DNA of 64,000 nt, from positions 128,001 to 192,000 of the forward strand of contig CAVTHS010000014.1 in NCBI GenBank assembly GCA_963734535.1, given 5' to 3'. Below the pieces are notes generated by a model that was not told where the DNA came from, did no database searches, and saw nothing but the letters and a program-made list of their open reading frames with translations. Source of the DNA: an uncultured Chloroflexia bacterium. Its GTDB lineage: Bacteria; Chloroflexota; Limnocylindria; Limnocylindrales; CSP1-4. The translations under genes and the position numbers were made by a program. Every line of letters begins with the position of its first letter. Position 1 is the stretch's first letter. This document shows positions 1-10,032 of the stretch, piece after piece.

Positions 1-2791
1 GCTCGCATCGTCGACGGTGACCCGGCTGATCGCGGCCGGCATCCAGACCGTCTGGTCGACGGACGGCGCGGTTCCGTCGGCGGGGAGCCGGATCGCGGTG
101 AGCGACTTCCCCGTCGCCGCGTAGATCATCGGCGCGTCGAGTCCGTCGACCTTGACCAGGCCGGTGGCGCCACCCGTAATGGGGATGTCGCCGGTCACGG
201 CCCCGCTCTGCGGGTCCACGAACGCCACGCCGCCCGCGTCGGCCACCGCCACGCGCGGCACGCCCGCGACGCTCAGCCCCGCCAGCGAACCGCCGGCGAT
301 GGCGGCGTCGAGCTGGGCCCGCTGGTCCTTGATCGCGGTGGCGATGGTCACCCGGGGCGCGCTCGAGCGGAGCTGCTCCTCGTACGTGGCGGCCGTCCCG
401 CCGAGGATCCGGGCAAGCTCCGCCGCCGCGCCGGCGGGATCGGTCACCGCCGCCGGATCCGCCACGAGCGCGTCGACCGTGCCCGCGTCGGCGACGTCCG
501 CCCGGCCGGGCAGGCTGAACGAGGCGAGATGGGCGCCGCTCGTCACGTCGAGCGAGACGAGCGAGTCGCCGGGCGTCGCCGCGATGAGGGTGGCCCCGGA
601 GTCGGTGAGCCAGAGGCGGTCCACCGCGCCACCGGCCGATCCGAGCGGGTCGAGGGTGACCGGGGCCGCCGCGCCCGTGTCGCCCGCCCGAAGGTCGCCG
701 GCGCTGACGGCCGTGTCGAGGGTCAGGATGTCGCCCGACGCGGTGCCGACGTAGAGGCGGTGGCCGGTGGCGTCGAGCGCGACGGCCCGGGCGCCCGGCA
801 GCACGAACGTTGCCAGGCGCTCGCGGGTCTGCAGGTCGAACACCCGCAGGTCCGCGCCCGTCGCCACGTAGAGCCGGTCGCCGCCCTGGCGAACGCTCCC
901 GACGGCAACCGGGTCGACCCAGCCGCGGTTCGGTCGCGACGTCGGCGACCGGCACCCCGAGCGTGCTCGTGGCCGTCACCCGGTCGTCGCCGAACGCGAC
1001 GAGCCCGCCGGCGATCGCGTACTTGGCGAGATGCGGATGGGTGTACTCGTAGATCGCGTGGGGCTGCCCGTAGCGCCAGTCCTGCAGGAACTCGGCTGCC
1101 GTCCGCGCGTGGTAGACCTCGTCGAAGTGCATCCGCGCGGGCTCGCCCAGGCGGAACGTCCGCAGGCAGAGCGACACGACGACCAGCACGACGATGAACC
1201 AGAGGTCGAGACGGTCGAGCCTGCCGCCGCCTTCGCGATGGAGCAGGTGCGAGCGGTCGAAGCTCGCGCGGCTCGCGAGCGATCGTGCTCCCCGGGCCGC
1301 CCGGCCGAGGCCCGCCGCGAGCGCGAGCCCGCCGGCCGCCGGGAGAGCGCCCAGCTCCGGGGCCACCCGTGCATCGTCGTCGGACTCGGCCATCCGGGCG
1401 GCGGACGCGTCGGTCTCGGCCGGCGACGGGCGGACAAGGAACCACAGGCCGGCCACCAGCCCGCCGGCGTGGAGCACCGCGCTCGTCGCCACGCCGCTCC
1501 ACGAGCGCACGGCATCTCCGAGCTGGGTTCCGAGCCCTCCGAACGCGAGCAGCATCGGGGCGAGCCCCAGGTTCTCGTAGAACGGCTCGGTCAGGATGCC
1601 GTAGAGGTTCGCCGTGTTCGCCACGGCGAGGACCGCGTACAGGCCCGCCCAGCGGGGGCTCACCGCGAGCAGCACGGCCCCGAGCGCGAAGAACGGGAAG
1701 AGGTACCGCTCGTGCACGCGCGTCGGCAGGACGAAGAAGGCGATCGCGATCACGGCCAGGGCGACGAGCAGCGTGCGCCGGTCGTCGCGACGCCAGATCG
1801 TCGCGGCGAGGAACGCGATCAGGCCCAGGAGCAGACCGCTCCCGACTGCGATGGCGGGGATGCCGAACACGAGGAAGCCCGCACCGCCGTCCGGGCCGGG
1901 CGTCGTCAGGTCGCGGATCCAGGTCCCGCTCTGGGCGAGGCCGTTCCCGTCCTGCGTGACCAGGGCCCACGGGTTGAACGCGTTGACGGTCAGCCACGGG
2001 TAGCCGGCCGCAGTGTCGAGGATCTGACGGAACAGCCCCACGATGGTCAGCCCGAACGGCAGGCACAGGAGCTGGGCCGTGGCAAGCCCGACGAGCGTCG
2101 TCGACACGAGGCGGCGCGGCCCATGGCCGGGCGGCCGCGTGACCAGGTTGCGGCGCAGGATCAGGATCGCTGCGAGCGGGATCAGGATCCCGAACTGGGG
2201 CTTGATGATCGCGGCCACGGTCGTCAGGAGCGCCGCACGTTCGTCCCGCCCGCGCCACAGCTCGCGCACGGCGAGCAGCAGGACCAGCGTCCCGACCGAG
2301 TCGACCTGGGACCAGACCGCGCTGTCGAACCAGGTGACCGGGACGAACAGGACCACTGCGGCGGCGACCAGCGCCGGGCGGCGGCGGGCGCCCAGGTCGG
2401 CCGCGAGCAGGAAGACGGCGACCGCGAGCCCGAGGTCGGCGAGGATCGGGGGCAGCTTGAGCAGGGCGCCCGGGGACCCGCCGGGGAGGCCGAACAGCTG
2501 CGCGACCAGGCCCAGGCCCCACAGGACATAGAGGTAGCCGGGCGTGTAGTCGATGAAGATCGGGCGGTCGTAGATCCCGAATGGCCCGTTCCTGGCGAGC
2601 TCCACCGCCCAGCCATCGAACGAGTTGACGTCCACCTTGAACCCCGACCCGGGCAGGAGGACGTATGCGATGATGAGCCGAAGGGCGAGGCCGAGCGCGA
2701 GAAGGATGCCGAGCGGGACGGCAACGTCTCGAAGCCGCACCCGGGCCCCCTCGCCGGCCCGCGCCCGCTCGCCCGGTGCGGGGCCAGCCAA
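1..2791 (-). CDS. Large lipid-carrier-dependent (GT-C) glycosyltransferase: N-terminal GT-C domain, PMT/GT39-like motifs and a beta-propeller-like insert. Runs off the left edge; apparent +1 frameshift near 925
   Basis: Not in the ORF track. My minus-strand translation from TTG 2791 (GGAGG SD upstream) gives DYTPGYLYVLW, FDSAVWSQVDS, FFVLPTRVHERYLFPF, RLGEPARMHFDEVYHART and YEYTHPHLAK. After the shift it reads GDRLYVATGADLRVFDL and GHRLYVGTASG. Confidence 0.8.
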   Translation of the reverse strand, partial: MAGPAPGERARAGEGARVRLRDVAVPLGILLALGLALRLIIAYVLLPGSGFKVDVNSFDGWAVELARNGPFGIYDRPIFIDYTPGYLYVLWGLGLVAQLFGLPGGSPGALLKLPPILADLGLAVAVFLLAADLGARRRPALVAAAVVLFVPVTWFDSAVWSQVDSVGTLVLLLAVRELWRGRDERAALLTTVAAIIKPQFGILIPLAAILILRRNLVTRPPGHGPRRLVSTTLVGLATAQLLCLPFGLTIVGLFRQILDTAAGYPWLTVNAFNPWALVTQDGNGLAQSGTWIRDLTTPGPDGGAGFLVFGIPAIAVGSGLLLGLIAFLAATIWRRDDRRTLLVALAVIAIAFFVLPTRVHERYLFPFFALGAVLLAVSPRWAGLYAVLAVANTANLYGILTEPFYENLGLAPMLLAFGGLGTQLGDAVRSWSGVATSAVLHAGGLVAGLWFLVRPSPAETDASAARMAESDDDARVAPELGALPAAGGLALAAGLGRAARGARSLASRASFDRSHLLHREGGGRLDRLDLWFIVVLVVVSLCLRTFRLGEPARMHFDEVYHARTAAEFLQDWRYGQPHAIYEYTHPHLAKYAIAGGLVAFGDDRVTATSTLGVPVADVATEPRLGRPGCRRERSPGRRPALRGDGRGPAGVRPADPRAPGNVRAAGRPGRRARRHRPPPLRRHRVGRHPDPRHGRQRRRPSGGRHGRGGPGHPRPARIGRWRGGPPLAHRLRGHPHRGDARRLARLARRDERRPSRLVQPARPGGRRRRGHGRRARGGSGGGDRSRRRGGGACPDPRRDGRHVRGAAPLERAPGDHRHRDQGPAGPARRRHRRRFAGGAERRGRAARGGGRRGRRGVRGPAERGRDRRHPHYGWRHRPGQGRRTRRADDLRGDGEVAHRDPAPRRRNRAVRRPDGLDAGRDQPGHRRRCE

Positions 2792-2848
2792 GGGAAACGG
2801 CCTCCGTGAACGAGCGCTGAGGTGGACCGGAGTATAGCCGAGGGTTCG

Positions 2849-4229
2849 GTGCCCCTTCCCCGTCGCGCCGTCCCCGTCGCCGCCCCATCCCGTTCGACGC
2901 TCGCCGTCGGGATCGGCCTGGTCGTCGCCTGCTTCGTGCTGTACTCCCTGAGCCGGCCGGCCTGGCAGACCGTCTACAACCACTTCGTCTGGCAGGCGGA
3001 CGCGTTCCTCCACGGCGAGGCCTCCATCAGGTACCCGGTACCCGCGACCGGCACGTCGCCGGGGAACGACTTCTTCAACGACGTGGTGCGGGTGGTCGAC
3101 GCTGCCGGGAACCAGACGGGCCGCGGGATGATCCCGTTCCCGCCCCTTCCGGCCGTGATCCTCCTCCCCTTCGTCGCCATCTGGGGAATGGCCACGGACC
3201 AGGCCTTGCTGGCCGTGGTGTTCGGCGCCCTGGACGTCGGGGTCGCGTTCTGGCTCCTTGGTCGGGTGCCCATCAGGGCGGGGCTTCGCGCGGCCCTGAC
3301 GGTCTTCGTGGGGGCGGGCAGCGTCCTCTGGTATGCCTCGTCGCTGGGAACCACGTGGTTCCTCGCCCACGTCGTCGCCCTCGGGCTCACCCTCGCCGCG
3401 GTCGCGATCGCCCTGGACGCCGACGAACGGTCCACGGCTCTCGGGCGCGAGGCGGCGCGCCGGATTCCTCGACCGGCGGCAGGTGCTCGCGGGCCTCCTC
3501 CTGGGCCTCGCCGTGACGAGCCGGCTGACCGTGGCGTTCGGGGTGGTCTTCCTGGTCTTCGTCGGCGGGGGTGGCTCCTGGGTGCGGCGTGCCGCGGGCG
3601 CTGCGCTCGGCATGGCGATCCCCGTGGGTCTGCTGCTTGCCTATAACCTCGCCGTCAGCGGGACGCTCTTCAACCCGGTCTACGAGTCGCTCTACCGCTA
3701 CGAGGTCTGGGCATACCCGGACCTCAACTACCACGCCGAGTGGTCGCTCCAGGACCTCCGCTACATCCCCCAGAACCTCGGGATCATGCTCTTCGGCGCG
3801 CCGGACGTGATGCCTCCGTGCGGCACCGGCGTCCCGCGCGAGATCTGGAGCGCCGCCGGCTGCTCGTGGCTGGTCCCCCGACCAGTCGGGATGAGCCTCC
3901 TGCTCACGAGCCCGGCCTGGCTCCTGGCAGCGGCATCGGCCCCCCTCCTGCGCGACCGGCGGGTCGCGGGCGGCCTCCTCGCCACGCTCGCGATCGCGGT
4001 CGTCAACCTGATGCACTTCTCACAGGGCTGGGTCCAGTTCGGCTATCGCTTCAGCCTCGACTTCGCGCCGTTCCTGCTCATCCCGGTCGCGCTCGGCGCC
4101 GAGCGGCTGCTGGCCGGGCGCGGGCGGAGAGCCGCCGCGTGGGGCGGTGTGCTGGTCGGCGGCCTGATCGTGGCCTCGGTGGCCGTGCAGGCCTGGGGGA
4201 TCGCATGGGCCCGGACCCTGGGCTGGTGA
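2849..4229 (+). CDS. Polytopic membrane protein, probable GT-C glycosyltransferase; apparent +1 frameshift near 3460
   Basis: Track ORFs 2822..3646 and 3333..4229 join into one TM-rich protein (YNHFVWQADAFLHG, PFPPLPAVILLPF, GWVQFGYRFSLDFAPF). Confidence 0.65.
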
Positions 4230-5828
4230 GCGCGGCCCGTCCGCCGGCCCCGGTCCCTCGCCCGCCGGCGGCTCGCTGGCGCAGCCCGGCACGCGTCGGC
4301 GTCCCCGTGCTCGTGGGCGTGGTCGCCTTCGCCCTCGCGCGCTCGACGCTGCTTCCCGGCCTTGCCCTGTGGGACACGGGCGAGTTCCAGGCCGTGGCCC
4401 CCGTGCTCGGCACCGCCCATCCGACGGGATATCCCAGCTACATCCTGCTGGGCTGGGTCGCGAGCCTGCTGCTCGCACCGTTCGGCGAGCCGGCGCTGCG
4501 GATGAACCTTCTCTCCGCCATCACGCTGGGCGCGGCCGCCGGACTGACGGTCGTGCTGGTCCGCGGGCTGACCGGTCGAACGCCGGTCGCAGCCGCGGCC
4601 GGGATTCTCCTTGCGCTGACCCCGATCCCGTGGCGAGTCGGGTCGTTCGCCGATCCGCACATGCTCCACCTTGCCCTGGTCGCGGCGATCCTCGTGCTGC
4701 TGGCGGGCTGGGAGTCGCGGACGCGGGGCGGCCGGCCGAACGCGGACCGCTGGCTCGTCGCTGCCGCTGCGACGTATGGCGTCGCGCTGGGCAACCAGGG
4801 GCTGACGGTCCTGCTCGCGCCTGGGATCGGCCTCTTCGTCCTCGCTGTCGAGCCTGGCGTCTGGCGGCGATCGGCACAGCTCGGCCGCTGTGTCGCGGCC
4901 CTTCTCGGCGTCGCGGTGGTCCTCTACCTGGAGCTGCCGATCCGCGCCGCGATGGGCGCGCCGCTCGTCTACGGCCACCCGGACACGTGGGGCGGGTTCT
5001 GGTACGTGGTCCTGGGACTGCAGTTCGGGGGCGCGGTCAGCGGGCCGTTCGCGGACCTCGCGGGCAAGGCTGGCGCGCTCGTCAGCCTTGCGACGGCCCA
5101 GTTCGGACCGCTGGTCGCGCTCATCCCGGCCAGCTTCCTCGTCGTCGCGATCCGCCGGCCGCGATATGCGCTCCTGACCGGCTCGTCGCTTGTCGTCACG
5201 TGCTGGTTCGCGGCGTCCTACACGAATGCCGACATCGAGCGCTACTACCTCGGCCCGATCCTCCTCGTGATCAGCTGGCTCGCCATCGCCGCTGCGGCGG
5301 TGGTCGACGGCGTCGCGGCGCAGTGGCTCATCCTCGAGGACGAGCCCGGCACGCGACGGCCGGTCGTGGCCACGATCGCGAGCCTCGTCGTGGCCGTCGC
5401 CCTGGTTGCGCCGGCCGTCCTCGCCGCCCCAGCGACCCGGCTCACCGCTGACCAGTCCACCGACACGCGGGCCGCGGACTGGAGCCGCTGGGCCTTCCGG
5501 ACGGCGGAGCCGGACGCCGTCTTCGTGACGTGGTGGGGGTACTCCACGCCGCTGTGGTACCGGCAGGTGGTCCTGGGCGAGCGGCCGGACGTCCGGGTCG
5601 TGGACGACCGGACCCGCCTCGACGCGAGCCTGGGCACCGTGGACGACGTGATCAGGGCCAACGTGGGGAGCAGGCCGGTCTATCTCGTGCGACGCGACGA
5701 GGACCTGGCCGCGCTCGAGGGCGGCTGGCAGCTGGACGTGGTGCCGGACCCGGGCGGGCTCCAGCCCCTCCTCCGCGTGGTGGGCCCGCGTTCGGCGCAG
5801 CGGCGGCCCGGGTACGATTGCGCCGTGA
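4226..5828 (+). CDS. DUF2723/GT117 (TMEM260-like) membrane glycosyltransferase
   Basis: WDTGEFQ...LGTAHPTGYPSY motif plus TM helices. GTG overlaps the upstream TGA. The probable true stop is TGA 5826-5828 in the +1 frame (GTGA overlap with the next gene). Confidence 0.75.
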
Positions 5829-6610
5829 GCGAAGACGCCGCCACTCTTTCCGTCGCGCCGGCGCGAGTCCCGGCGCTCTCGTACTTCTTCCCGGCCCACA
5901 ACGAGGAGGCCAACCTCGAGGGGCTGGTGGAAGAGGCGCTCGCCGCGCTGCCGGCCCTCGCGGACCGGTTCGAGATCATCATCGTGGACGACGGTTCGAA
6001 GGACCGGACCGCGCAGATCGCGGACGCGCTGGCTGCCGCCAGCCCGGACCTCGTCCGGGCCGTGCACCATCCGACGAACCTCGGCTACGGCGCAGCGCTC
6101 CGCTCGGGGTTCCGGGCCGCGCGGATGGACCTGGTCTCGTTCACCGACGGCGACCGGCAGTTCCGGGTCGCCGACCTCGGCCGGCTGACGGGCCGGCTGG
6201 CCGGCCCGGACACCCCGGACGCCGTCGTGGGGTATCGGATCCGGCGGGCCGATCCCGTGATCCGGACGCTCTACGCCCGTCTCTACCGGCTCGCGTACCG
6301 GTCGCTCTTCGGCCTCCGCATCCGGGACGTGGACTGCGCGTGCAAGCTCTTCCGGCGCGATGCGCTGGCGCGCGTCCGCGTCGAGTCCGGCGGGGCGTTC
6401 CTGTCGGCCGAGCTGCTGATCAAGGTCCGCGCTGCAGGCGGGAACGTGGTCGAGGTCGGCGTCGACCACTACCCGCGCACGGCGGGCTCGCAGACGGGGG
6501 CCAGGCCGTCCGTCATCTGGCGCGCGGTCACCGACTTCTGGGGCCTCCGCCTGCGGCTCTGGGCGAACCGCGAGCGGGCGCTTCGGCGGGGTTCCGCGAT
6601 CGTCGGCTGA
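5825..6610 (+). CDS. GT2 family glycosyltransferase (polyprenol-phosphate sugar synthase-like)
   Basis: FFPAHNEE, IIVDDGSKD, FTDGDRQF and DVDCACKLF motifs; TACGAT -10 lies 6 nt before GTG. Confidence 0.85.
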   Translation: MSEDAATLSVAPARVPALSYFFPAHNEEANLEGLVEEALAALPALADRFEIIIVDDGSKDRTAQIADALAAASPDLVRAVHHPTNLGYGAALRSGFRAARMDLVSFTDGDRQFRVADLGRLTGRLAGPDTPDAVVGYRIRRADPVIRTLYARLYRLAYRSLFGLRIRDVDCACKLFRRDALARVRVESGGAFLSAELLIKVRAAGGNVVEVGVDHYPRTAGSQTGARPSVIWRAVTDFWGLRLRLWANRERALRRGSAIVG

Positions 6611-6665
6611 GGGACAGCCGCCTCGCGCCGCCGGGTGTCCGCCGCCTCCGACCCGTGCCCGCGGG

Positions 6666-7205
6666 TCACTCCCTGGGCGGCCCCTCGCGGCGGTCTTCGG
6701 TCCCCGGCTCCATGTCGAGGGAGTTCACGAAGTCACGGAAGACGGAAAGCCTCGACTCGTCGATCGGGCCGCCGGCATCCTCGGTCGGGGAATGGTCGGG
6801 CACGACGCCAGCCCGGTCCAGGACCGCCTCGGCCGCGAAGATCCGGGCGCCCGTGCGAACGGCCAGCGCGAGCGCGTCCGACGGTCGCGAGTCCACCTCG
6901 ATCGGCCGGCCCCCGACCTCCAGCATCACCCGGGCGTGGAACGTCTCGTCGGCGAGGTCCGCGATGATCACCTCGCGGACGGTCGCCCCGAGGACGTCGA
7001 GGACGGTCGCGAAGAGGTCGTGGGTCAGTGGTCGCTCGGGTGACTGTCCCTGGAGCTTCATGGCGATCGCGCTCGCCTCCCAGGGCCCGATCCAGATGGG
7101 GAGGTAGCGGTCCTGCTCGAGCTCGCGCAGGATCACGACGTGCTGGGTCGACAGCATGTGGACCCGCACGCTCTCGACGGACATCTCGATCAGGCGACCG
7201 ACCAT
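6666..7205 (-). CDS. Bifunctional nuclease family protein (DUF151)
   Basis: LPIWIGPWEA, RPLTHDL and DSRPSDALALA motifs. Confidence 0.9.
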   Translation of the reverse strand: MVGRLIEMSVESVRVHMLSTQHVVILRELEQDRYLPIWIGPWEASAIAMKLQGQSPERPLTHDLFATVLDVLGATVREVIIADLADETFHARVMLEVGGRPIEVDSRPSDALALAVRTGARIFAAEAVLDRAGVVPDHSPTEDAGGPIDESRLSVFRDFVNSLDMEPGTEDRREGPPRE

Positions 7206-7244
7206 GGGCGGGATTATCCCACCTCGAGGTGTCGCCGCCGCGCG

Positions 7245-9575
7245 CTACGGGCTGGGCGTCGGCCGCGGGGTGCCGGACGGCTTCCTGGTCGCCGTCGCCT
7301 TCGGCGAGGCCTTCGGCGAGGCCGTGGGCGCGCCGGACGCCGCCGGGCTCGCCGAGCCACCGGGCAGCGCGCTGGCGCCCGGCGACCCGTCCGGGCCGGT
7401 GCCCGGGACCTGCTGGAGCGTCGCGGTCCCCAGCGTCGCCCCATCGATCCAGAAGATCGCGGGAGCCTGGCCCGGCGACCGGGGCGCGACGTAGAACCCC
7501 CGGAGGTCGGTCCAGGCCGGGCCGCCGCCGGCCGGCCGGTACTGCGCCAGGTAGGCACCGGTCAGCTTGTCGAACGCGAGCACCCGCGCATTCGCCGCGT
7601 CGAACACGTACAGGGTGCCTTCGCGGCGCGGGTCGGGCGAGTCGACCAGCGTGTACCGCCGGATCGGGCGCAGCGCGTCGTCGCCCGGCGGCGCCAGCGC
7701 CCAGTCACCCGACCGACCGCCCACGAAACGCTCGACCAGGCCCCCGTCGGCGAGATAGACCTCGCCGTCGATGTACATCGAGGTCACCTTCGAGACGTCC
7801 TGCGGGGTCGTCAGGTAGCCGGTCGCGGCGGCGGGATAGCTGGAACCGTCCGCGAGCATCGTGTAGCGCAGGATCTGCTGCTCCGACGGGTCGATGACGT
7901 ACAGGTTGTAGAGCGCCGCGTTGAAGTTGGCCACGAAGGTCCCGATCGCCATGATGTCGTTGCCCCAGGTGGCGGATTCCTGGACCGGGAGGCGACGCAG
8001 GGTGCCCTTGCCCGTGTCGTCGGCCGGGCGCCAGCGCCAGAGGATGTTCTTGTCGTCGAGCATGAGCAGGTCGGGACCGCCAACGGCAAGGTAGCGCGGC
8101 ACCCCCACCTTGATGCCGGCGCTCGCGACGACCTGGCCGGCCTTCATGATCGGGACGGCCTTGCGGGCCTGGAGGCTGATCCGGTAGACCGCCTTCGTTG
8201 TGCGGTCGAGGACGTACGGCGCGCCGTCCGGGCCCTGGACGAGCCCGGCGAGGTCGAAGGCCGGCTTCTGGGATGCGAAGGAGAACGCGGTCTGCGTCGC
8301 GATCTCCGCGACCCCATAGAGGCGGTCGAGCCCGGCCGTCGCCCGCAGGCGCACGGGGTCGAGCGTGGACGCCGGGATCCCGGCCGTCGCCGCCGTGGCG
8401 ACCTGGACCATCGCGTCCTTGAGCAGCTGCTCCGCGCGCCGCGGGTCGGCCGCGATCAGGTCCGTCCCGTTGTCGAAGACGAACCGGACATCGTCCCGGG
8501 CGGTCGCGAGGGCCTGTTCGCCCGCGGTGATCTGCGGGATCTGGGTGGTGGCGCCGGAGCCGCCGAGGACCCAGAGGCCGACGCCGAGGAGCGCGACGAT
8601 ACCGACGAACGCGAGCACCGCGTAGGCGGCCCGGCGCTGGGATTCGCGGCGGGTCGCCGCGGGCGTGACCCGCCGATAGCGGGTCCCGCGCCGTGGCAGC
8701 AGGTCCTGCACCCGGTCGACGACCCCGGCAAGCCCGCCACGGATCGCGTCGCGCGCCCGGCCGGCGCCCGACGAGACCGCGGCCAGCCCGCCCCCGACCG
8801 AGTCAGCGAGGGGGATCGGCGAACGGTCGGGGAGTCCCGCGAGGGGTTCGGGCGGCCGGACCGGGACGAGCCGGCCGCGGTGGGTGGTGGCCGAGACCTC
8901 GCCTGCCTCCAGGGCGAGCGCGGCGTCGCTGCCCGTCCCGCCCGCCGCCACGAAACGGTGGTGGAGGTGCTCCATCGCCGCCTGGGGGTGCAGCGTGACC
9001 ACGGCATCCTTGAGCTCGTCCGGGCCGAGCTTCGCGGTCAGGTTGGTCGAGACGAGGACGAGCGAGTCGCGGACTGCGATCTCGCCGCGCCACACCTCCG
9101 GGGTGATCTCCTCCATCGGCAGGCCGTTGGCGCGGGCCACGTCGGGCAGCGTCAGCAGGTGGGCCTGCCGGACGAGGTACGCCTCGGCGGGACCGGTCGT
9201 CACGACGTAGAGCTCGTTCCCGCGGACGACGGCCAGGCCGATGCCGATCGGGCCGGTTGGCCCGGCTCCCAGGGCAAGGCGCTCGCGCTGGGCGAGCAGG
9301 CGGCGGTTCGCGGCGCGGATCGCCTTCTCCAGGCACACGACGAGGCCAGCGGACTCGTCGTAGTAGTACTCCCCCTGGATCGTGTCCGCGACCACGTGGG
9401 TCGCCTCGCGCAGGCGCCGGCCCCGGCCGACGCCGGTCACAACGAGGAAGAGACTCCCCTTGGAACGGGCCGTCGCGCCGATCGTCGGCTCGACGATGGC
9501 GACGGTGTCCGGGGAGTCCTCGAGCCGCTCGGGCTCGGCCACGAGGCCGAGCTTCATCTGGAGTCGGACGGCCAT
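7245..9575 (-). CDS. Membrane protein: degenerate PP2C-like N-terminal domain, one TM helix, extracellular beta-propeller-like domain, Pro/Ser/Thr tail
   Basis: GSLFLVVTG..LEKAIRAANRRL..GPAEAYLVR..DSLVLVSTNL follow the PP2C motif order; TM AAYAVLAFVGIVALLGVGLWVL; repeats NLYVIDP, EVYLADG, TLYVFDAANARVL. Confidence 0.7.
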   Translation of the reverse strand: MAVRLQMKLGLVAEPERLEDSPDTVAIVEPTIGATARSKGSLFLVVTGVGRGRRLREATHVVADTIQGEYYYDESAGLVVCLEKAIRAANRRLLAQRERLALGAGPTGPIGIGLAVVRGNELYVVTTGPAEAYLVRQAHLLTLPDVARANGLPMEEITPEVWRGEIAVRDSLVLVSTNLTAKLGPDELKDAVVTLHPQAAMEHLHHRFVAAGGTGSDAALALEAGEVSATTHRGRLVPVRPPEPLAGLPDRSPIPLADSVGGGLAAVSSGAGRARDAIRGGLAGVVDRVQDLLPRRGTRYRRVTPAATRRESQRRAAYAVLAFVGIVALLGVGLWVLGGSGATTQIPQITAGEQALATARDDVRFVFDNGTDLIAADPRRAEQLLKDAMVQVATAATAGIPASTLDPVRLRATAGLDRLYGVAEIATQTAFSFASQKPAFDLAGLVQGPDGAPYVLDRTTKAVYRISLQARKAVPIMKAGQVVASAGIKVGVPRYLAVGGPDLLMLDDKNILWRWRPADDTGKGTLRRLPVQESATWGNDIMAIGTFVANFNAALYNLYVIDPSEQQILRYTMLADGSSYPAAATGYLTTPQDVSKVTSMYIDGEVYLADGGLVERFVGGRSGDWALAPPGDDALRPIRRYTLVDSPDPRREGTLYVFDAANARVLAFDKLTGAYLAQYRPAGGGPAWTDLRGFYVAPRSPGQAPAIFWIDGATLGTATLQQVPGTGPDGSPGASALPGGSASPAASGAPTASPKASPKATATRKPSGTPRPTPSP

Positions 9576-9663
9576 GCGATTCGACGGACCTGACGCTCAG
9601 AGGCGGGCCGGCGTGACGCCGGTGGCGGGCAACCGCGCAGGCGGACATCGCCGCCCACCGGGG

Positions 9664-10023
9664 TCACCGGATGATACCCCGGCCCACCACCACCCGCAGC
9701 GATTCCGCCCGGATTCCGTCGGCCATCGCCGCGTATGCCGCGAGCAGGCCGTCGGCGCGCAGGAGCAGCTCCTGGCCGACGATCGGCGCGCTCGCCTCCA
9801 CGACCAGCACCCCGTCCCGCTCCAGCCGCACGGGCCGGGATCCACCCGCCGCCGCCGGCGCGTGGTCCTCCACGAGCCGATCCCACGCGGCGACGGCGCG
9901 CGCCCAGCGCAGCTGCTCCTCGAGGCCGAGGGCCCGGGCCGCCTCGGGCAGGAGATCGCCCACCCGGCGCGGCTGCCGGCGCCGCGGGACGCGCTCGTCG
10001 TCGAAGGGGCGGGCCGGCGACAC
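9664..10023 (-). CDS. dciA: DciA/DUF721 family protein
   Basis: Follows recF; W..LV and GVLVVEASAP..GQELLL pattern. Confidence 0.75.
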   Translation of the reverse strand: MSPARPFDDERVPRRRQPRRVGDLLPEAARALGLEEQLRWARAVAAWDRLVEDHAPAAAGGSRPVRLERDGVLVVEASAPIVGQELLLRADGLLAAYAAMADGIRAESLRVVVGRGIIR

Positions 10024-10032
10024 GCGGTGACC

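Noticed and set aside
3740-6610. Apparent DUF2723-GT2 fusion (956 aa)
   Set aside because: The +1 frame ends ...GGPGTIAP* with a GTGA overlap at 5825-5828, and GT2 has its own -10. This fits one more insertion error; reads are needed to exclude a real fusion.
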